Assembly (NCBI GenBank): GCA_007376185.1
Contig: VMFS01000004.1
Span: 165 to 64,164 of the forward strand
Source of the DNA: Parcubacteria group bacterium Gr01-1014_30
Lineage (GTDB): Bacteria; Patescibacteriota; Minisyncoccia; Minisyncoccales; 2-12-FULL-40-12
Length of the DNA: 64,000 bases
Direction of reading: 5' to 3'
Below, in pieces: positions 42,687 through 50,738 of the stretch. The stretch's first letter is position 1; every line of letters begins with the position of its first letter. The position numbers were made by a program, and so were the translations under genes. Below the pieces are notes generated by a model that saw only the letters and a program-made list of their open reading frames with translations, did not search any database and was not told where the DNA came from.

Positions 42687-43016
42687 ATGGGGAGAGTATT
42701 TATTGCTTTATTTGCCGTAGCTCTTTTTGCGGTTTTGCCCTTTTTCGCACAGGCCATTCAGCTGCAAAACCCTTTGCAATACGACACCATAGAAGAGTTA
42801 ATAGCCGCGATTCTCGCTTTTTTGCGGAACCTTGCTTTGGTGGTAACTGCCTTGGTTATTGTGATTGCAGGTTATTTCTTTGTTACGTCTGGTGGAGACC
42901 CGCAGAAAGTGACAAACGCGAGAATGATGGTGATTTACGCTATGGTCGGTTTGGCGATTATTCTGATTGCCGAAGGCATAGTGGCTTTAATAAGACGGGT
43001 TATTGGAGTACAATAA
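42687..43016 (+). CDS. Small secreted two-TM protein, TrbC/VirB2-type pilin-like
   Basis: Signal peptide MGRVFIALFAVALFAVLPFFAQA, then two hydrophobic helices separated by SGGDPQKVTNARM. Paralogue of 43139-43465. An alternative ATG lies at 42639. Confidence 0.65.
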   Translation: MGRVFIALFAVALFAVLPFFAQAIQLQNPLQYDTIEELIAAILAFLRNLALVVTALVIVIAGYFFVTSGGDPQKVTNARMMVIYAMVGLAIILIAEGIVALIRRVIGVQ

Positions 43017-43048
43017 CACAAAAGGTCGAGTTTGTTGAAAAAAACAAA

Positions 43049-43128
43049 CCCCGTAATACAACTTCCAATGCGTTCTTTTTCAAAAGAACGCAAAGCGGCC
43101 AAAGGCCGCTGGAAGATGATATACGGGG
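43049..43128 (+). promoter_or_regulatory. Candidate cis-regulatory RNA, copy 2 (leader of the second pilin-like gene)
   Basis: CCCCGTAATACAACTTC ... GAAGATGATATACGGGG with two variable inner hairpins (GCGTTCTTTT/AAAGAACGC, GCGGCC/GGCCGC). Confidence 0.5.
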
Positions 43129-43138
43129 AAATAGCGAG

Positions 43139-43465
43139 ATGAAAAAGATTTTACTGGGATTAACTTTATTTTCGCTTTTGGCCGCAACAGTTGTGTTTGC
43201 TCAACAGCCGGCTCCAACCTTTCCGCCGATTGATATTGACGTGATAGAGGTGCTGGAAAACATCGTTGACTGGCTTTTTACGATTTTACTGATTGTTTCC
43301 GCCATAGCCATTATTGTGGCCGCATTCTTGTTTGTTACGGCAGCCGGTGACCCCGAGAAAACGTCTAAAGCTAGAAACTTTGTCATATACGCTTTAATCG
43401 GAGTGGCCGTGGCAATAGCAGCCAGAGGGTTGGTGGCTCTTGTGCGTAGGATTGTCGCGGGATAG
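43139..43465 (+). CDS. Small secreted two-TM protein, TrbC/VirB2-type pilin-like
   Basis: 108 aa. Signal peptide ending VFAQQ, and the motif AAGDPEKTSKARN between two TM helices. Confidence 0.65.
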   Translation: MKKILLGLTLFSLLAATVVFAQQPAPTFPPIDIDVIEVLENIVDWLFTILLIVSAIAIIVAAFLFVTAAGDPEKTSKARNFVIYALIGVAVAIAARGLVALVRRIVAG

Positions 43466-43475
43466 TTTTGGTAAT

Positions 43476-43562
43476 GCCGAGGTGGCGAAACTTGGCAACC
43501 GCGATAGGTTTAGGACCTATTACCTTTTAGGTTTGTGGGTTCAAATCCCACCCTCGGCACCA
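43476..43562 (+). tRNA. tRNA-Leu(UAG), CCA encoded
   Basis: GCCGAGG...ATAGG TTTAGGA CCTAT, a long variable arm, and GTGGG TTCAAAT CCCAC CCTCGGC A CCA. Confidence 0.88.
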
Positions 43563-43590
43563 AAAAAACCGCGCCTGGCGCGGTTTTTTT
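43562..43590. terminator. Bidirectional terminator between tRNA-Leu and hsp20
   Basis: AAAAAAACCGCG-cctgg-CGCGGTTTTTTT. Confidence 0.7.
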
Positions 43591-43604
43591 GGTGCAGGAC
43601 AACT

Positions 43605-44180
43605 CTAACTTTTCACCTCTATTTTCCTTTTTTTGTCGCGCTCAATTTTTGGAATTCTTACTATGAGAACTCCGTTTTTTATTGAGGCCTGGGCACGGCC
43701 CGGGTCGGTTTCAGATGGCAGAATTATTTCTCTTGAAAAACGTCCCCAGTAGCACTCTTGGTAAAAGTAGTTTTTCCCGCCTTCTTCAGTTTGTTCAGCC
43801 CTTTGGCCCTTAATTAAAACTCTGTCTGCTTCAATTGAAATGTCTAAGTCCTCGGGTTTGACTCCGGCAACGGTTGATTGAACGACCAGTTCTCCAGGCG
43901 TCTCGTAAAAGTCAACTGCCAACTGGCCTTCTTGTTCAAACCACTTTTCCTTGGCCGCCGTAACTCCTTTGGGAGCTAAGGCGGGTTTTTCATCTTTTTC
44001 TCCCAGCTCTTTCACTTCAAGCTCCTCCGCTTTTATCTCAAACTTCTTTGACTTCTTTCTTTTCTGAACCGGCCTTTCTCTCTCTTCCGGTTGAGTTTCT
44101 GGTGCTACTGCCGGCTCCTCTTGCCTTGTTTCTTCTTCCACGTTCATACCCTTTTTAAGTTTGTCCAAAAATGATGGCAT
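43605..44180 (-). CDS. Small heat-shock protein (Hsp20/alpha-crystallin) with a charged N-terminal extension
   Basis: The alpha-crystallin domain runs from LAVDFYETPGELVVQSTVAGVKPEDLDISIE to GVLIVRIPK. Confidence 0.8.
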   Translation of the reverse strand: MPSFLDKLKKGMNVEEETRQEEPAVAPETQPEERERPVQKRKKSKKFEIKAEELEVKELGEKDEKPALAPKGVTAAKEKWFEQEGQLAVDFYETPGELVVQSTVAGVKPEDLDISIEADRVLIKGQRAEQTEEGGKNYFYQECYWGRFSREIILPSETDPGRAQASIKNGVLIVRIPKIERDKKRKIEVKS

Positions 44181-44192
44181 ATTTATATCTTA

Positions 44193-44270
44193 CCCCGTTA
44201 GAGAGTATTTTGGCAAGCACCACAAATTTTGAACCATTGTTGTGTTAATAATGCGAGCTCTCTAACGGGG
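44193..44270. repeat. CCCCGTTAGA-type palindromic element between hsp20 and prsW
   Basis: CCCCGTTAGAGAG-52 nt-CTCTCTAACGGGG. The right arm supplies the last codons and the TAG stop of prsW. Confidence 0.75.
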
Positions 44271-44957
44271 CAGGCATACGCTTGGCATTTTTTTCAACTT
44301 CCTGAAAGCCCACAACACGAATACGGCCGAGGCCGCAATGAGTAAGGCGGTAACCGAAAACGCTGTATATATGTCTTCAATCATTATAGCTCGGTTGTAG
44401 AGCCCGTGTAACAACACAGCTGTGAAAAATCCCGCAGAGGTAAACAATGTTCTTTTTTTCATTTCAGAGTAGCTCAATGCCAGGAAAAATCCAAGCACTC
44501 CCGAAGCCAAAGCGTGCAAAAAAGTGGCTGAAATAAATCGGAAGGAGGCAAGAGCAAAGGTGTCGCGCAAGCCCAGGGTAAGCACGTCTGGCGACAGAAA
44601 AAGCAGCATATTCTCAAGAGTGGCAAAACCCAAAGCCGCAATGACAAAGTAGAGCATTATATCCAAAGGTTCGTCCAGTTCGCGAATTGATAAAAAGAAA
44701 ACTCTTACTTTTACGACAATGTATTTTAATACCTCTTCAACCAAAGCCACACCCGCAAAAATGTTGATTAAAGTGGGCAAGGAAAATTCAAAAAACCCAA
44801 GTTCAATAAAAACGGCTGGAATGGCTGAAAGCGCTCCCCAAATGAACACTTTCAGAATCATTCTGTTTGATTCCGGATGGGCGTCTTTTCTAAGGAAGAA
44901 CAACAGCCAGATTACGCCCGGCAGGAAAGCAAGCGGGGTTAGAAGAAAATAATTCAT
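44262..44957 (-). CDS. PrsW-family intramembrane protease
   Basis: 231 aa, polytopic, with the EEVLKY (ExxxK) motif and a later HGLYN motif. Confidence 0.7.
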   Translation of the reverse strand: MNYFLLTPLAFLPGVIWLLFFLRKDAHPESNRMILKVFIWGALSAIPAVFIELGFFEFSLPTLINIFAGVALVEEVLKYIVVKVRVFFLSIRELDEPLDIMLYFVIAALGFATLENMLLFLSPDVLTLGLRDTFALASFRFISATFLHALASGVLGFFLALSYSEMKKRTLFTSAGFFTAVLLHGLYNRAIMIEDIYTAFSVTALLIAASAVFVLWAFRKLKKMPSVCLPR

Positions 44958-45003
44958 TATAACTTTACTACACTAAAAAACCATGGTTGAAAACTGTAGC
45001 ACA

Positions 45004-47154
45004 TTATTTTGGCCAATTTTCCACCATTAGACACGTTTTTTTATTCTTTATCGGTAATTTTTGGTAGATTTCCTCTGTGATAAAAGGCATAAAAGGATGG
45101 AGGAGTTTTATCAAGGTTTCGTGGAACTTAAAAAGCAGGGCTTTGGAGACAAGTCCTTTTTTGTAATCTTCAATAACCTTGTCTGCGTAGTAATGCCAGA
45201 AAAAGTGGTACAAACGCTCGGCGGCGCGGTGGAATCTGAAACTTTCAAGGTCGCGGGTAATTTCTTTAACAAGTTTTTTAAGCTTTTGAAGGTTCGTTTT
45301 GTCTTTGGAGCTTGTTTTATATTTTGGGTTTTGTGTTTTGGATTTTGTGTTTTGTAGGACAAACCGCGTAGCATTCCACACTTTGTTGGCGAAGTTTCTC
45401 ATTCCTTTAATTTTCTCTTCAGAGATGGTTGAATCAGCTCCAGGAGCAGTATTGAAAATCAAAGCGAATCGAAGAGCGTCCGTACCGTATTTTGCGGTCA
45501 TATCAAGTGGATCTATAACGTTTCCTAGAGATTTGGACATTTTCCGGCGTTGTTCATCTCGCACCAATCCATGAAGATAAACGGTTTTAAAGGGAATTTC
45601 TCCAAGCAAAAATTGGCTCATCAATATCATTCTTGCAACCCAAAAGAAAATAATATCGTAGCCGGTTTCGAGCACATAGGTTGGATGATATTTCTTTAAA
45701 TCTTTAGTCTTCCCTGGCCAGCCTAAGGTAGAAAAGGTCCAAAGTCCAGATGAGAACCAAGTGTCTAAAGTATCTTTAAATTGCTCATATCCTTGCCCAG
45801 GCTTAGTTCTACTAACAATATAATCCAAATCATCGCCAGTAGGAGCTGGTGGTACATACCAAACAGGAAACCTATGTCCATACCAAATTTGCCTTGAAAT
45901 ACTCCAATCTCGAAGATTTTTAACCCAATTTAAATAAACTTTTTCAAAGCGTTTTGGAAATATCTTTATTTTTCCTGATTTAACAGCATCGCTTAGTAAT
46001 TCCTTAAGCGTTTTAGTTTTCCTTTCTGGAATAGGTTTGCTTACACTGACAAAAAACTGATTCCTATGAGGAAGGTACTCAATTTTTCCTCCTGATCGTT
46101 GCGATTTTGGCTTGTTATGTTCAATTTCCTCTGGTTCTTTTTCTAGCAACTCGTTACTGCGAAGCCATTCTACGACTCTCTCCTTTGCCTCATCCACCTT
46201 AAGACCTTCTAATATACCCGCGTTATGGTTCATGCGATCGACCCCGTTGATTACTTGTATTTTTCTAAGGCCGTGCCTATCGGCAATTTCTTCATCAACT
46301 TTACTATGATATGGCGTAATTCCCACTGCGCCTGTTCCAAATTGCATATCGATAGAAGGATCTCCTATAATTTCTATAGACAAATTTACTCCAACAAATT
46401 TAATATTTTCATATTTCTTACCTATATATTGCCTATAACGCTTATCTCTAGGATTTACAGCTACTGCTGTATCTCCGACCTTCGTCTCGGGACGAGTTGT
46501 AGATATAGATATAGGGAAATCCTTTGAGTAACGGAAGGTATATAGCTTATCCTTACAAACTTCATACTCAACCTCTTGATCATCCACGGCAGTTTGATTT
46601 TTAACATCCCAATTAACAACCTTACCAAGACCTATGTAAATAATGCCTTCTCCTTTTTTAGGATGCATTTTAATAAAGGCCTCTTCAACCGCATTAATAC
46701 GTTTTTTATCAAGAGTGAATGCTAGACGAGACCAATCAAGTGAAGCTCCCAGAGAACGTAGTTGTTTCAAAATGGCGTCTTTATTTTTCAAAGCAAAATC
46801 ATTAACAAGATCGATGAATTCTTGACGTTTTTCACCATAATCGCTTTTCCGTACGCCGCTTTCCTTAAGAAACTTTGTTTCTGTAGCTATGGAAGCGTGG
46901 TCGGTTCCGGGAATCCAGAGAGTTTTTCTTCCCAGCATCCGTTGATAACGGATAATTATGTCTTCTATGGTTACGGTAAGGGCATGTCCCATATGGAGTG
47001 TTCCGGTAACGTTGGGCGGGGGGAGAACCATTGAGAATGGTTTTTTATGGCGCTTTGGCAGCTTATCGGGATTAAAAAAGCCCGACTTTTCCCAGAGCTT
47101 GTAGATTTTTCCTTCAACTTCTTTTGGATTATAGGTCTTTCGCAGTTCTTCCAT
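45004..47154 (-). CDS. valS: Valine--tRNA ligase (short form)
   Basis: PPPNVTGTLHMGHAL (HIGH) and KMSKSLGN (KMSKS), with a ValRS-type editing domain. 716 aa with no C-terminal coiled coil. A low-complexity insert TKSKTQNPKYKTSSKD is encoded by TTTTGTGTTTTGG-type words at about 45310-45360. Confidence 0.85.
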   Translation of the reverse strand: MEELRKTYNPKEVEGKIYKLWEKSGFFNPDKLPKRHKKPFSMVLPPPNVTGTLHMGHALTVTIEDIIIRYQRMLGRKTLWIPGTDHASIATETKFLKESGVRKSDYGEKRQEFIDLVNDFALKNKDAILKQLRSLGASLDWSRLAFTLDKKRINAVEEAFIKMHPKKGEGIIYIGLGKVVNWDVKNQTAVDDQEVEYEVCKDKLYTFRYSKDFPISISTTRPETKVGDTAVAVNPRDKRYRQYIGKKYENIKFVGVNLSIEIIGDPSIDMQFGTGAVGITPYHSKVDEEIADRHGLRKIQVINGVDRMNHNAGILEGLKVDEAKERVVEWLRSNELLEKEPEEIEHNKPKSQRSGGKIEYLPHRNQFFVSVSKPIPERKTKTLKELLSDAVKSGKIKIFPKRFEKVYLNWVKNLRDWSISRQIWYGHRFPVWYVPPAPTGDDLDYIVSRTKPGQGYEQFKDTLDTWFSSGLWTFSTLGWPGKTKDLKKYHPTYVLETGYDIIFFWVARMILMSQFLLGEIPFKTVYLHGLVRDEQRRKMSKSLGNVIDPLDMTAKYGTDALRFALIFNTAPGADSTISEEKIKGMRNFANKVWNATRFVLQNTKSKTQNPKYKTSSKDKTNLQKLKKLVKEITRDLESFRFHRAAERLYHFFWHYYADKVIEDYKKGLVSKALLFKFHETLIKLLHPFMPFITEEIYQKLPIKNKKTCLMVENWPK

Positions 47155-47164
47155 TTTATATTTA

Positions 47165-48154
47165 TTATAACCCTAAATCTGGTTGAGACGTAAGTTTGTA
47201 TTTTCTGCCAGTTAAAAAGTTGATATACGCAGAAACTGCAATTATAACAGCGTTGTCGGTTTGGTATTTTGGGAGAGCCGAAATGAATTTAATTTTTTGT
47301 TTTCTGCTGGCTGCTGCGAGTTCTCTGCGCAAAAATTTGTTTGCCGCCACGCCGCCAGATAAAATTATCGTTTTTGCGCCAAATTCTTTTGAGGCTCTCA
47401 TAGTTTTTTGGACTAAAACATCCACAACAGCTTTTTGAAAACTCGCTGCGACATCCGCTTTTTCCGCCGTTTCGTTTTCTTTAAGATAATAAAGCACCGC
47501 GGTTTTAAGCCCGGAAAAACTGAAGTCGTAATTTTTTGAGTTAAGCATTGGCCGCGGGAAACCGACGGCTTTGGCATTTGCTTTTTGGGCTAATTTTTCA
47601 ATTTCCGGGCCGCCAGGATACAACAGTTTAAGCATTCTCGCGACTTTATCAAATGACTCTCCGGCCGCGTCGTCTCTGGTTTCACCAATTTTTTTTCTTT
47701 CTCTAATTGATTTCATCAGAACCAAAATAGTGTGCCCGCCCGAGACCACCAGTTGGACGGCCGGAAAATTTATCTCTTTTTGAGTCAGCAAAAAACTGTA
47801 AATATGGCCTTCTAAGTGATTTGCGCCGACAAGTTTTGTTTTTAACTTTTTGTTTATTTCTTTGGCGAATTCAATGCCCGACCAAAGGCATGGGTCAAGG
47901 CCGGGGCCAACGGTAACGGCGATTAAGTCAATATGGGTGGGATTGGAAACTTGCCGAAAAATTATCGGCAGATTTTTTTCGTGTTCCCGGCGTGCCAGAT
48001 GCGGTACTACTCCGCCCCAGGGCCGGTGGATTTCAATCTGGGAGGCAACAACTTCTTTCAGTATTTTAAAAACCGGCTTTTTCAAGCCACTTTTTGCTTC
48101 AATTAAAGCCAATGCGGTTTCATCACACGATGTTTCAATCCCTAAAATTCGCAT
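47165..48154 (-). CDS. tsaD: tRNA N6-adenosine threonylcarbamoyltransferase TsaD
   Basis: MRILGIETSCDETA..., HLEGH, and a Kae1/Gcp-type sequence. Confidence 0.9.
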   Translation of the reverse strand: MRILGIETSCDETALALIEAKSGLKKPVFKILKEVVASQIEIHRPWGGVVPHLARREHEKNLPIIFRQVSNPTHIDLIAVTVGPGLDPCLWSGIEFAKEINKKLKTKLVGANHLEGHIYSFLLTQKEINFPAVQLVVSGGHTILVLMKSIRERKKIGETRDDAAGESFDKVARMLKLLYPGGPEIEKLAQKANAKAVGFPRPMLNSKNYDFSFSGLKTAVLYYLKENETAEKADVAASFQKAVVDVLVQKTMRASKEFGAKTIILSGGVAANKFLRRELAAASRKQKIKFISALPKYQTDNAVIIAVSAYINFLTGRKYKLTSQPDLGL

Positions 48155-48216
48155 ACTTTACATTTATCACAACTTAATATAAGATAAAAGGGAAATTTAA
48201 TTTGATATTGCCACAA

Positions 48217-48291
48217 GGTCCCATCGTCTAGTCCGGTCTAGGACATTGGGTTTTCATCCCAAAAACACCGGTTCAAATCCGGTTGGGACCG
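48217..48291 (+). tRNA. tRNA-Glu(UUC)
   Basis: GGTCCCA TC GTCT...TTGGG TTTTCAT CCCAA...ACCGG TTCAAAT CCGGT TGGGACC G. Confidence 0.9.
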
Positions 48292-48292
48292 C

Positions 48293-48366
48293 GGGCCCAT
48301 AGTATAGTGGTAAAATGCCGCAATGGCATTGCGGAGTCGGGAGTTCGACTCTCCCTGGGTCCACCA
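48293..48366 (+). tRNA. tRNA-Ala(GGC), CCA encoded
   Basis: GGGCCCA...CCGCA ATGGCAT TGCGG...GGGAG TTCGACT CTCCC TGGGTCC A CCA, with the G3:U70 identity pair. It starts 1 nt after tRNA-Glu. Confidence 0.88.
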
Positions 48367-48387
48367 AAAACTTGCATTTTCCTCTGT

Positions 48388-48477
48388 GGTGGTCTATATT
48401 GGAGATAGTTCGGACGCATTTCGCCGCCTGCGGCGGCGAGGGTTTGGCCAAAAATTCCGAACCAAAATCCTGAACTT
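48388..48477. repeat. Left copy of a ~90-nt inverted repeat flanking the SH3-protein cassette
   Basis: A 58-nt perfect core TAGTTCGGACGCATTTCGCCGCCTGCGGCGGCGAGGGTTTGGCCAAAAATTCCGAACC is the reverse complement of the core in 49338-49427. Confidence 0.85.
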
Positions 48478-48563
48478 AAAAACTGCCAAAGAACCTGATA
48501 AAAATATCGGCTCGAACTGCATTTTAATTTTGGGAAAAGAAAATTTTTAATCATAATACGTAT

Positions 48564-49175
48564 ATGAAATATCCGCACTTCAAATATAGTAAATGCATTC
48601 TTAATATTTTTGTTTTCGCCCTGTTTATATTTCTAGGTACTTCTTTTATTGCTCATGCGGGTGATTCTGCCCTCACCATCACCACCTCTTCACTATTGCC
48701 AAACGGACAAGTGAACAGTCCCTATTCCGCTCAAGTTTCCGCCACTGGAGGAACCGGCTCATATGCTTGGAGAATATCTTCCGGTTATTTGCCTTCTGGC
48801 CTTTCTTTAATCGCGGCTCAATGTTTTACCGCCCCCTGCCAAGCACCCGTAACGATTTCCGGCACCCCCACCACAGCCGGAACATATATCTTCACGGTTG
48901 AGGTCAGCTCCAGCCCATTGGTAGGATACGGCCCAACGCTGGTGGCAAGCAAAGAATTCAGTTTGACCGTGGCGGCTGCAACTTCTGCCCTCACCACATT
49001 AAAAGTCACGGCTTGGATCTTAAACGTCAGAAGTGGTCCGGGGACTAATTACAAAATAATTACCCGAGTTCGACGGAACAATGTTCTGGAAAGTATCGGA
49101 AATAAGAATGGATGGTTCAGGATTAATTTACCTCAAGGTCGGGACGGCTGGGTTTACGGAAAATTCGTAAGGTAA
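48564..49175 (+). CDS. Secreted protein with Ig-like (He_PIG-type) repeats and a C-terminal bacterial SH3 domain
   Basis: Signal/TM at the N-terminus, LPNGQVNSPYSAQVSATGGTGSYAW...LPSGLSL...ISGTPTTAGTYIFTVEV, and SH3b-like LNVRSGPGTNYKIITRVRRNNVLESIGNKNGWFRINLPQGRDGWVYGKFV. Confidence 0.7.
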   Translation: MKYPHFKYSKCILNIFVFALFIFLGTSFIAHAGDSALTITTSSLLPNGQVNSPYSAQVSATGGTGSYAWRISSGYLPSGLSLIAAQCFTAPCQAPVTISGTPTTAGTYIFTVEVSSSPLVGYGPTLVASKEFSLTVAAATSALTTLKVTAWILNVRSGPGTNYKIITRVRRNNVLESIGNKNGWFRINLPQGRDGWVYGKFVR

Positions 49176-49337
49176 TGAGAAAATCTGGGTTGCAAATAAG
49201 TTCGTCGCCAGTTTTTGCTCAAACGAAAATCGTTAGGAAAACTTCCGCCAGCTCCCGCGTTAATCACGGCTAATGGTTAATTTTTCTGAAGCAGGTACTA
49301 ATTGAAAATTTACCGCCAAAAAAACTTTAAATTGTCA

Positions 49338-49427
49338 AAGTTCAGAATTTCGGTTCGGAATTTTTGGCCAAACCCTCGCCGCCGCAGGCGGCGAAATGCG
49401 TCCGAACTACTTTAAGAATAGACCACC
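49338..49427. repeat. Right copy of the ~90-nt inverted repeat
   Basis: Reverse complement of 48388-48477. The core is identical and the ends are diverged. Confidence 0.85.
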
Positions 49428-49433
49428 AAAGAT

Positions 49434-49664
49434 ATGAATGTTAGAACCAAAAAATATATTATCATTGGGATAATTGTTTACTTATTGTTGGGTATTGCCT
49501 ACGAAATGACTGGCGAAATGCGTTTATCAAAAAAATATACCGACAATCCATTCAATGCCTTCAAAGACACCTATTCATATTTGCGAGCGGTCACCTTTTC
49601 ACCTTTCTGGCCAAACAATTTGTTCTGGACAATATATCATTGTGGTAATCCGTTCGGTTGTTAG
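49434..49664 (+). CDS. Small hypothetical membrane protein
   Basis: 76 aa with one TM helix. ORF evidence only. Confidence 0.35.
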   Translation: MNVRTKKYIIIGIIVYLLLGIAYEMTGEMRLSKKYTDNPFNAFKDTYSYLRAVTFSPFWPNNLFWTIYHCGNPFGC

Positions 49665-49728
49665 ATCCCAGATAGTTAGGTCTCGAATGACTTGGTTCCA
49701 ATTGGCACGGATATAGCCCACAAGCTCC

Positions 49729-49805
49729 GCACGCGTAGCTCAGTTGGTTAGAGCGTCTGCTCGACACGCAGGAGGCCCCCCGTTCAATTCGGGGCGCGTG
49801 CACCA
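49729..49805 (+). tRNA. tRNA-Val(GAC), CCA encoded, with C at position 33
   Basis: GCACGCG TA GCTC AGTTGGTTA GAGC G TCTGC TCGACAC GCAGG AGGCC CCCCG TTCAATT CGGGG CGCGTGC A CCA. Confidence 0.8.
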
Positions 49806-49815
49806 AGTAAAACTT

Positions 49816-50166
49816 ATGACAACAAAAACCACAAAATTTTTACAGATATATATGAAAAAAGATTTGCCAGATGTCCGTCCGGGAGATACTGTTCGCGTTT
49901 ACCAAAAAATACCCGCCTCAGCTTTAGCTAAGGCGGGCAAGAAAGAAGGCGACAAAGAAAGGACACAGATGTTTGAGGGCTTAATCATTGCCAGAAAGCA
50001 TGGCAGGGAAGCCGGCGCTACAATTACTGTTCGGCGCGTTGTTTTGGGCGTGGGGGTTGAAAGGATTTTCCCTTTACACTCTCCTAATATAGAGAAAATA
50101 GAGATTGTTAGGAGGGAAAAAGTAAGAAGGGCTAAGCTTTATTATTTGAGAAGTGCTAAGAGGTAG
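49816..50166 (+). CDS. rplS: 50S ribosomal protein L19
   Basis: [19 protein letters not shown]...[16 protein letters not shown]...TVRR...[19 protein letters not shown]. The ATG lies 10 nt after tRNA-Val, and the ORF-track start at 49744 is inside the tRNA. Confidence 0.88.
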   Translation: MTTKTTKFLQIYMKKDLPDVRPGDTVRVYQKIPASALAKAGKKEGDKERTQMFEGLIIARKHGREAGATITVRRVVLGVGVERIFPLHSPNIEKIEIVRREKVRRAKLYYLRSAKR

Positions 50167-50171
50167 TTTAA

Positions 50172-50253
50172 GCGCGGGTGGTGAAACTGGCAACCACGCT
50201 ACCTTGAGGTGGTAGTGCCGCAAGGCTTGGAGGTTCGAATCCTCTCCCGCGCA
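50172..50253 (+). tRNA. tRNA-Leu(GAG)
   Basis: GCGCGGG...CTACC TTGAGGT GGTAG, variable arm TGCCGCAAGGCT, and TTCGAAT T-loop. Confidence 0.88.
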
Positions 50254-50256
50254 TTT

Positions 50257-50329
50257 GGGCGACTAGCTCAGCGATTAGAGCGTCCGCCTTACACGCGGAA
50301 GGCCTCAGGTTTGAATCCTGAGTCGCCCA
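50257..50329 (+). tRNA. tRNA-Val(UAC)
   Basis: GGGCGAC TA GCTC AGCGATTA GAGC G TCCGC CTTACAC GCGGA ... GTCGCCC A. Confidence 0.9.
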
Positions 50330-50361
50330 CAAAAGTGAACTTTGATAAAATATTTATATAC

Positions 50362-50649
50362 GCCGCGGTAGCTCAATGGTAGAGCGCGTCCCTAAAGAAC
50401 TGCTCTTTGGGGCCTTCTATAGAAATATAGATTGAATAACTGGGTTAACTCGGGGAAACTTCTTTTAGAGAACAATCCCGAGCCAAGTCCCGAGATTTTA
50501 ATCGAGGGAAAGGTGTAGAGACTATCCCGAAAGGGAGTACTCTGATAAAAGTCAGGGGAAACGCCCAGCATCCAATATTTCCGGATGGTGATATAGTCCA
50601 AAATAAACGGAAGAGGACGGCGTTGGGTGTTCGATTCACCCCCGCGGCA
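50362..50649 (+). tRNA. Intron-containing tRNA, read as tRNA-Phe(GAA)
   Basis: Exon 1 (50362-50393) is GCCGCGG TA GCTC AATGGTA GAGC G CGTCC CT. Exon 2 (50610-50649) is GAAGA GGACG GCGTT GGGTG TTCGATT CACCC CCGCGGC A. The spliced product is a normal 72-nt cloverleaf. Confidence 0.75.
50394..50609 (+). ncRNA. Group I intron (216 nt) in the anticodon loop
   Basis: In P1, CCCT|AAAG pairs with CTTTGGGG, giving a U-G wobble at the 5' splice site. P2 is TCTATA-GAAA-TATAGA. The core string AAAGGTGTAGAGACTA followed by TCCC-GAAA-GGGA resembles the Azoarcus/IC3 catalytic core. The intron ends in G. Confidence 0.75.
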
Positions 50650-50654
50650 CATTT

Positions 50655-50726
50655 GCGGGTGTAGTATAACGGCCATTATGCGATCTTGCCAAGATCGAGA
50701 AGAGGGTTCGACTCCCTTCACCCGCT
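50655..50726 (+). tRNA. tRNA-Gly(GCC)
   Basis: GCGGGTG...CGATC TTGCCAA GATCG...TTCGACT...CACCCGC T. Confidence 0.88.
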
Positions 50727-50738
50727 TTGCGCAAACCC

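Noticed and set aside
48254-48578. ORFs 48254-48451, 48273-48578 and 48323-48550 over the tRNA-Glu/Ala pair and the left inverted repeat
   Set aside because: They overlap tRNA genes and repeat DNA on both strands. They have no start context and no recognisable domains.
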